Below the pieces are notes generated by a model, which was not told where the DNA came from, did no database searches, and saw nothing but the letters and a program-made list of their open reading frames with translations. A stretch of DNA of 64,000 nt from a candidate division FCPU426 bacterium (GTDB taxonomy: Bacteria; Oederibacteriota; Muellerivitia; Muellerivitales; Muellerivitaceae). This document shows positions 1 to 9,000 of the stretch, piece by piece (position 1 is the first letter of the stretch; every line of letters starts with the position of its first letter). The position numbers and the translations under genes are program-made. The stretch is taken from contig CAWCKJ010000004.1 in NCBI GenBank assembly GCA_963796105.1, positions 384,001 to 448,000 of the forward strand, read 5' to 3'.

Positions 1-3000
1 TTTCCTCCGTTGCCGCCCATATCGGTCACATCACTCGTCAAGCCTTTGTCTGTATTCCTCACAGCGCCCGCTTCCAAGTTATAAGAACCCGAGTTCCCTC
101 CGTCGCCGCCGTTGCCTGCCTGCACCAGCAGGAAACTGGAATCCATCGTCACCGCGCCGGTGGACAGGGAGGCGTTTCCGCCGCGGCCCCCGTTGCCGCC
201 GTTGCCGTTGGTTCCATCAGCGCCCGTGCCTGGGGTATAGGTACCCGAGTCGCCCTCATCGGCGCTTCCGGCTGAGCCGGTGTATTCGTAGATATCCCCA
301 ATCCCCTGGGATCCGCCCGAGCCGCCGGTTCCGCCGTTTCCGGCCACTACCGCGAGACTGGAGGAAGTGGTCAAGGCCACGGTTCCGGTCACAGTCAAGG
401 CCGAGTTTCCGCCGTTTCCGCCGTTGCCCCCGTTGCCCCCGTTGCCGCCCATGGCGTTGCCGTCTTGGCCGTTCCCGCCGACGCCATAGTCCGCGTAACC
501 GCCGTTACCGTCTCCGCTGTATCCCCAGCCGGCTGAGTTCGAGTTTCCGCCGTTGCCGCCGGTCCCTCCCGTCACGCTGACGGTCCCGGAATCAACCGTC
601 AAGGAAGCCATGGTCACGGTCAGGTTCCCGCCGTTGCCGCCGTTCCCGCCGTTGCCGCTGTTTCCTCCGGTCCCGTTTCCGCCGGTCCCGTTGCCGCCAT
701 AAGCCGTGTCACCCTCGTTATAGGCTTGGCCGCCGTTGCCCTCGCCGCCATAGCCGTCTCCGCCGTATCCGCCGTCTCCGCCATAGCCGCCGTTGCCGGC
801 TGACAGTACCAGGGTTGAACCGTTGGAAAGGGCCGTGTTGCCCAAGACCCCGGTCAAGTCCCCGCCGTAGCCGCCGTTTCCACCGTTGCCGGCGTTTCCG
901 CCGATTCCATTGCCGCCCACGGCGTTTCCGCCGTAATTGTTATCGGCGGAATTATAGGCATCGCCGCCTTGGGCGTAATCCCCGTCGCCCTCAGTGCCGT
1001 CATAACCGTAGCCGCCCTGCCCGCCGTTGCCGGAGGCAATCGTGATGTTCGAGGCCGAGGAGGTCACATCTCCCAAGCTGACAGTGACGCTTCCGCCGAT
1101 CCCGGCGTTCCCGCCGTTGCCGCCGTTGCCGCCGATTCCATTGCCGCCAACCGCGTTGCCGCCAACTGCGTTTCCGTCAAAGGTTTCATCGGCGGAACCC
1201 CCGTAAACTGAGGTTTCTCCGCCGTAGCCGCCGTAGCCTCCATCCGCGCCGTCGCCGCCATAACCAGCGGCCACATTGAGGGTGGAATTCCCGGACAAGG
1301 CGACGTCTCCAGCGGCCAGGCTCACGCTTCCGCCGTTGCCGCCGTTACCGCCATTGCCGCCATTTCCGCCGGCGCTGTTACCGCCAACGCCGTTACCACC
1401 CACGTTGAGGTACCCGCCAACATAGGCTTCGCCGCCGTCGGCCTCAGAGTCCCCGCCGTACATTCCTTCCCCGCTATAGCCTCCCGTTCCGCCATTGCCA
1501 GCCGTAAGGTTGACCTGGGAGGAGCCGGAGACATTGATGTTTCCCTGGTCGTCCAGGGTCAAGTTTCCGCCGTCCCCGCCGTTGCCGCCGTTGCCGCCGT
1601 TGCCGCCAATCACATTGCCGTTCGAGGCGTTCCCGCCGTAATTCTCAAGACCGTAATAGGCTTCTCCCGCGTCGGCATAGGACCCGTCAGCCCATCCGCT
1701 GTACTCAGTGGACTCCTCGTTTCCCCCGCTTCCGCCCTGGCCGCCGTTGCCAGCTGAGACCTGGAGAGTGGACTCACCCGTCAAACTTGTGTCGCCTTGA
1801 AGGGCCAAGCTGACGCTTCCGCCTTTTCCCGCGTTCCCGCCGTTGCCGCCGTTGCCTCCCGAGACATTGGCGCTTGTGGCGTTGCCGCCGTTATTTTGCA
1901 TGGAGTAGTCATCCGCCGTGGCTTCACCGCCATAATAACCACCATCGTCATAATAATAAGGTCCATAGGCGTAGTTGCCGTTACCAGCGTCTCCGCCGTT
2001 TCCGCCCTGGCCACCCAAGATTGAAAGATTCGAGGAAGCCAAGGTCACCGCGCCGGTGCTTCCGGTCACGCTCCCGCCGTTTCCGCCGTTCCCGCCGTTA
2101 CCGCCGTTGCCGCCGGTGATGTTTCCGCCGGTGGCGTTGCCCCCAATTCCGTTTCCAGGGTAATTGTCCCCATCCTCACTGATTCCGGTTCCATAATCCT
2201 CGTAGGGATCGTTGGCCCCATCGCTGTAAGCGGCGCCGCCGACACCCCCCGTGCCGCCTTGGCTTCCGCTTCCCGCCGAAAGGGTGACCACGTTACCAAG
2301 TGCCGTGATATTCCCGGTCGAGAGGGCCAAACTGCCTCCGTCGCCCCCGATTCCGCCGTTGCCGCCGTTACCGCCTATCGCGGAGCCAGCTGTCGCGTTT
2401 CCGCCCACGCCGTTTCCGCCGTTACCGTCATCGCCGTAACCGCCATATCCAGTGCCGCCGCCGGCCCAAGCGCCTTCGGCGTAGCCGCCGTCGCCGCCGT
2501 TGCCGCCGACACCGCCTTGTCCGGCTGTCACCGCGAAGGAGGCTCCGGATTGAAGTGTCAAGGAATTCATGGCCAAAGACACACTTCCGCCGTTTCCGCC
2601 ATTGCCTCCCTGTGCCCCGTCGCCTCCGATACCAGTTCCGCCCACGGCATTATCGCCGTAGCCGGTTTCGCCATCGTATCCCTCATCGCCGTAGCTGGTC
2701 CCATCCTGGTAGGCTTCCCCGCCGTAGCCGGACCCGCCGTCCCCGCCGTTGCCTCCGTTGCCGCCGTTCCCGCCTGCCAAGGATACGCTTGAGGAACTTC
2801 CCACATTGACATCACCTAATGACGCGGTCACCGCACCACCCGAGCCGCCGTTGGAGCCAACCGTTCCAGTTACGCCGACACCATCCCCGCCCTGCAATGA
2901 AATCTGCCACCCTTGAGGCAATCCATCTTCCTCGTAATCGTAGGAACTATAGCCATCCCCTTCACCGCCGGAATAACCGGAAGCGCCGGAATATCCCTGT

Positions 3001-6000
3001 CCACCGATGGCCACCAAGGAAGACTCGCTCGTCAGGGTCAAGGAACCGCTTGAAACCGATGCGTTCCCTCCGTTGCCGCCGTTTGCGTTTTCGCTGTAGC
3101 CGCCCCCTCCGCCGACCACGTAGATATTGCTGTTGTCCACCGAAACCGCGCCCGCAACAGACAAGGCCGAGTCGCCGCCGTTGCCGCCGTTGCCATAGGC
3201 ATAGTCGTACCCGCCCCAGCCCGCGATCACGTCCAGGTTGGAAGTCTCCGCGTTATTGGAAGTCAAGGTTAGGCTTCCCAGGGAAGCCATGGCGTTTCCG
3301 CCCGTGCCTTCGGTGTCGCCCGAATTTCCGAAGCCCGACTCGGCGCTTCCGGCGATCACATTGATCTCGCTCGAATCCACCGACACGGCGCCAGCAACCG
3401 TCAATGTCGCAGATCCGCCGTTGCCGCTGATCGCTGGGTCACTCCCGTCATAGGAATACCCGCCGTTGCCGCCGTACACGTTGAAAGTCGAGGTGTTATC
3501 GTTTGTATTATTCGAGGTCACAGTCAGGGTATTCATGGAAGCAGAAGCGTCACCGCCATTGCCCCCGTTGGAATAATTGGAGTAGCCGCCCTGTCCGCCG
3601 CCCACGCTGACGTTGCTGGAGTCCACCGACACAGCTCCCGCAACCATCAAGGTTGCCGCTCCGCCATTGCCGCCGTTGCCATCGCTGTAATCATCCCCGC
3701 CGTTACCGCCCACCACGTTAAGGTTGGAAGTCTCCGCGTTGTTGGAAGTTAACGTCAGGCTTCCCAGGGAAGCCGTGGCGTTTCCACCATTTCCCTCGGT
3801 GTCACCCGAATTTCCGAAGCCCGACTCGGCGCTTCCGGCGATCACATTGACTTCGCTGGAATCCACCGACACCGCGCCTGCCACCGTCAAAGTCGCTGAT
3901 CCGCCATTACCGCTGACCGCCGGGTCGCTCCCGTCATAGGAATACCCGCCGTTGCCAGCGTACACGTTGAAAGTCGAGGTGTTATCGTTTGAGTTATTGG
4001 ATGTCACAGTCAAGGTATTCATGGAAGCCGAGGCATCTCCTCCATTGCCGCCGTTGGAATAATCGGAGTAACCGCCTTGTCCGCCGCCCACGCTCACGTT
4101 GCTGGAGTCAACAGACACATCGCCAGCCACGGTTAAGGTCGCCGCGCCGCCATTGCCGCCGTTGCCATAGTAATAATCATCGCCGCCCGCGCCCCCGACC
4201 ACGTTAAAGGAGGAAGTGGTTCCCGGGTCATCAGAGGAATTGAACGAGTTTGAGGTCAATGCAAGGCTTCCCAGCGAAGCCGAGGCGTTCCCGCCAGCGC
4301 TTTCAGTTTGGTCTTCGTCGTAAGATCCATAACCATATCCAGCGTTGCCGCCGGTCACATTCACCGTGCTCGAGTCTACCGACACAGCTCCACCAGCCGA
4401 CAGGGTCGCCGAACCAGCGGTACCATCTAGGCCGTTGTCATACTCCCAATAGTTGCTTCCCGAGTTTCCGCCAATCACGTTGAGGCTGGAATAACCATTG
4501 TTGGACGTCACGGTCAAATCAGAACCGATGGACACATTCGCGTTCCCGCCGTTGCCGCCGTTGACATTGACGCCAAGAGCGCCGGTTCCACCCGTCACGT
4601 TCACCGAACTGGAATCAATTGACACGGCGTCAGAAACCGTCAAGGTTGCCGAGCCGCCAGATCCGGCCGTTCCTGTGTCAGACCAATTTCCATAATCCCA
4701 AGGATAGGCACTTTGGGCGCTTCCAGCCGCCACATCAAAGGTGGAGCCATCATTGACACTTAAATTTGTCCCAACGGAAACAGACGAGTTTCCGCCGTTA
4801 CCGCCATTGCCGTAATAATATGATGTTGTACCTGTTCCACCGCCCACGCTGACATTGCCGTTGTCCACGGACACAGCTCCGCCCGAGGTGAGATTCGCCG
4901 ATCCGCCATTTCCCGCGGTTCCGCTATAGGTTCCACCACCGGCCCCGCCCACCACTAACAAGTTGGAAGTGGAATAATTGCCGGTTACATTCAAGTCCGA
5001 CCCGACGGAAACAGAGGCGTCCCCGCCGTTCGCGGCGTAGGCATATTGGCTGTTACCGCCCGCCCCGCCATTGACGCTCAAATTGCTGGAATCCAATGAT
5101 ACCGCGCCAGAGGAAGAAAGCGCCGCATCTCCGCCGTTACCGCCGTTGCCATAAGAGTAATCGTTCCCACCGGCGCCGCCATTCACGCTTAAGTTTGCCG
5201 GGTTTCCAGTCGAATTCTGGTAATAATGATCTGAGGTCAAATCCAAACTTCCCGCGGAAACTGTTGCGTCCCCGCCGTTTCCTTCTGTGTTACCGCTATT
5301 GCCGATGCCAAACCCGGCGTCGCCGCCGGTGACGCTGACTTCGCTCGAGTCCACCGACACCGCTCCTGTCGAGGTCAAGGTCGCCGAACCGCCGGCGGGG
5401 TCATAACCATTTTGGGAAGATCCGCCATTGCCGCCATGCACATTGAATTTGGAAGTGTTTCCATTTGAGTTATCGGATGTGATCGACAAGCTGCCGACGG
5501 AAGCCGTGGCGTCCCCGCCGATTCCGCCGATAGAATAATTGCTGTAACCACCCGCGCCGCCGCCAACGCTGACGTCGCTGGAGTCCACCGACACCGCCCC
5601 TGCGACCAACAATGAGGCTGATCCGCCTTTGCCGCCATTGCCATCGCCATAATCATTACCCCCAGACCCACCCACGACGTTGAAGCTGGAAGTGGTTCCC
5701 GGATCTGTGCTTGAATTGTATGCGTTTGAAGTCAGAGTCAGGCTTCCCAGGGTCGCTGTAGCGTCGCCGCCCGCGCCCTGAGTCACGCTTGAGCTGGAGC
5801 CATCACCACTACCCCCATAACCGCCCGTCACGTTTACATTGGTGGAATCCACCGAAACAGCCCCGCCGACCGACAATGTCGCCGATCCGCCCGAGCCGCC
5901 GGTTCCAATTCCATAGTAATCAAAATTGCTTCCTCCACTGCCTCCGGTTAAGTTCAAGTTTGAGGAATCGTTGTTGGCCGTTACCGTCAAATTGGACCCG

Positions 6001-9000
6001 ATTGAGACCGATGCGTTACCGCCGCTCCCGGCGCTCCCGTTGTAGTTGTCGGCACCAGCCGCCCCAGCCACATTGACATTGCTTGTATCCAACGAAACAG
6101 AGCCGCCTACCGCCAGGGCCGCGGAACCGCCTGAGCCCGTCAATCCCGTGGGGCTGTAGGTGTACCAATAATAATTGGTGGGCACACTGCCACCCATCAC
6201 ACTGAGGTTGGAATAATCGTTGACCGTTAAATTCGACCCGACGGAAACAGACGCGTCTCCGCCGTTACCGCCGGTTCCGTAATAGGACAATCCGCCTGTT
6301 CCACCGCCAACGCTTACGTTGCTGTTATCCACCGACACAGCTCCGGAAACAGTCAAGGCCGCGGCGCCGCCGTTACCGGCGTTTCCACTATTTGAACTTC
6401 CGCCGGTCCCGCCCGCCACCACCAAACTGGAGGAATCATTATTCCCAGTCACATTCAAGTTCGAAGTAACCGCAACGTTCGCGTTCCCGCCATTGCCCCC
6501 GTTGCCTGTCGCGCTGTAGCCCCCCGTACCACCGCCCACACCTACTGAGCTGGTATCAATTGAAACTGATCCGGCCGCCGACAGGGTCGCATTGCCGCCA
6601 GCACCGGACACATTGTCAGCTCCCGCATTGCCGCCGTTTCCGCCACTCACATTCAAAGTGGAGTAACCATCGGTGCTGGTGAGGGTTAAATTCCCCGTTG
6701 AGGCCGAGGCGTTCCCACCGTTGCCTCCAGCTCCGCTGGTATTGCCTGTGCCGTTCGTCCCATAATTCAGTCCGTCGCCGTATACACTCCCCAGGGACAT
6801 CTGCCCGCCCATCCCGGCTGTGCCTCCATTGCCCCCGTTGCCCCCGGTCACGTTCAGCGTGGAATCATTCGCCGTCAAATCCCCCGTTGCCAGGGACGCG
6901 TTTCCGCCGTTGCCCCCATTGCCGGCCGTATTGTCATTTCCGCCATTCCCAGTGTTATCGCTGGAAAATTCGCTCCAGTATGCGTAACTGATGCTTCCGC
7001 CATTGCCCGCGTTACCGCCGTTGCCGCCGGATCCGGCCGTGACATTGAGCGTGCTCGCATCCAATGAAACTGCGCCCGTGCTGACTGCCGAGTTCCCCCC
7101 GTTCCCGCCGTTGCCGCCCACGTTCCCACTTCCTCCGCTGCCTGTTACGTCTGTAGAACCGTAGTCATAATATCCGCTGATGTTTCCGCCGTTGCCGGCG
7201 TTGCCGCCGTTGCCGCCGTTGCCCGCGGCTACGTTGATGGCGCTGGATACCACCGACACCGCCCCTGTTGCCGTCAAGGCCGCGTCGCCGCCATTCCCGC
7301 CATTGCCGCCGATGTTGTCGTCACTCCCACTTCCTGTGGTTGTATAACCCCCCCAGTTATAACCCGTAAACGCATTGCCCCCGGACCCGTTATCCCCGCC
7401 TGAACTTCCGGTACCTCCGGCCACGTTCAGGCTGGGTGAGCCATAAGTGTTAGTCAGGGTTAAATCCGAACCGATGGAAACCGACGCGTTCCCACCGTTT
7501 CCGCCATTTCCGGTAGCGCTATTGCCGCCCACGCCGCCGCCCACGCTCACGTTGCTGGAATCAACCGACACAGCACCCGAAACCGTCAGGGCTGCGTTGC
7601 CGCCGTTCCCTCCGGCTCCATTAGCGCTGGTTCCACTGTTCCCGCCGATCACATCAAAAGCGGAAGGTATTCCAATTTCTCCCTCACTAAGGTTGAAAGT
7701 ATTTGAAGCCACATCTAGGCTTCCCAGGTAAGCCGAGGCGTTGCCGCCGCTTCCCCCGTTGCCTGTCGCACTGTTACCGCCAGTTCCGCCGCCCACGCTG
7801 ACCAAACTGGAATCCACTGATGCCGTGCCTGTTGCCGACAGGGTCGCATTGCCGCCAGCACCGGACACATTGTCAGCTCCCGCATTGCCGCCGTTTCCGC
7901 CACTCACATTCAAAGTGGAGTAACCATCGGTGCTGGTGAGGGTTAAATTCCCCGTTGAGGCCGAGGCGTTCCCACCGTTGCCTCCAGCTCCGCTGGTATT
8001 GCCTGTGCCGTTCGTCCCATAATTCAGTCCGTCGCCGTATACACTCCCCAGGGACATCTGCCCGCCCATCCCGGCTGTGCCTCCATTGCCCCCGTTGCCC
8101 CCGGTCACGTTCAGCGTGGAATCATTCGCCGTCAAATCCCCCGTTGCCAGGGACGCGTTTCCGCCGTTGCCCCCATTGCCGGCCGTATTGTCATTTCCGC
8201 CATTCCCAGTGTTATCGCTGGAAAATTCGCTCCAGTATGCGTAACTGATGCTTCCGCCATTGCCCGCGTTACCGCCGTTGCCGCCGGATCCGGCCGTGAC
8301 ATTGAGCGTGCTCGCATCCAATGAAACTGCGCCCGTGCTGACTGCCGAGTTCCCCCCGTTCCCGCCGTTGCCGCCCACGTTCCCACTTCCTCCGCTGCCT
8401 GTTACGTCTGTAGAACCGTAGTCATAATATCCGCTGATGTTTCCGCCGTTGCCGGCGTTGCCGCCGTTGCCGCCGTTGCCCGCGGCTACGTTGATGGCGC
8501 TGGATACCACCGACACCGCCCCTGTTGCCGTCAAGGCCGCGTCGCCGCCATTCCCGCCATTGCCGCCGATGTTGTCGTCACTCCCACTTCCTGTGGTTGT
8601 ATAACCCCCCCAGTTATAACCCGTAAACGCATTGCCCCCGGACCCGTTATCCCCGCCTGAACTTCCGGTACCTCCGGCCACGTTCAGGCTGGGTGAGCCA
8701 TAAGTGTTAGTCAGGGTTAAATCCGAACCGATGGAAACCGACGCGTTCCCACCGTTTCCGCCATTTCCGGTAGCGCTATTGCCGCCCACGCCGCCGCCCA
8801 CGCTCACGTTGCTGGAATCAACCGACACAGCACCCGAAACCGTCAGGGCTGCGTTGCCGCCGTTCCCTCCGGCTCCATTAGCGCTGGTTCCACTGTTCCC
8901 GCCGATCACATCAAAAGCGGAAGGTATTCCAATTTCTCCCTCACTAAGGTTGAAAGTATTTGAAGCCACATCTAGGCTTCCCAGGTAAGCCGAGGCGTTG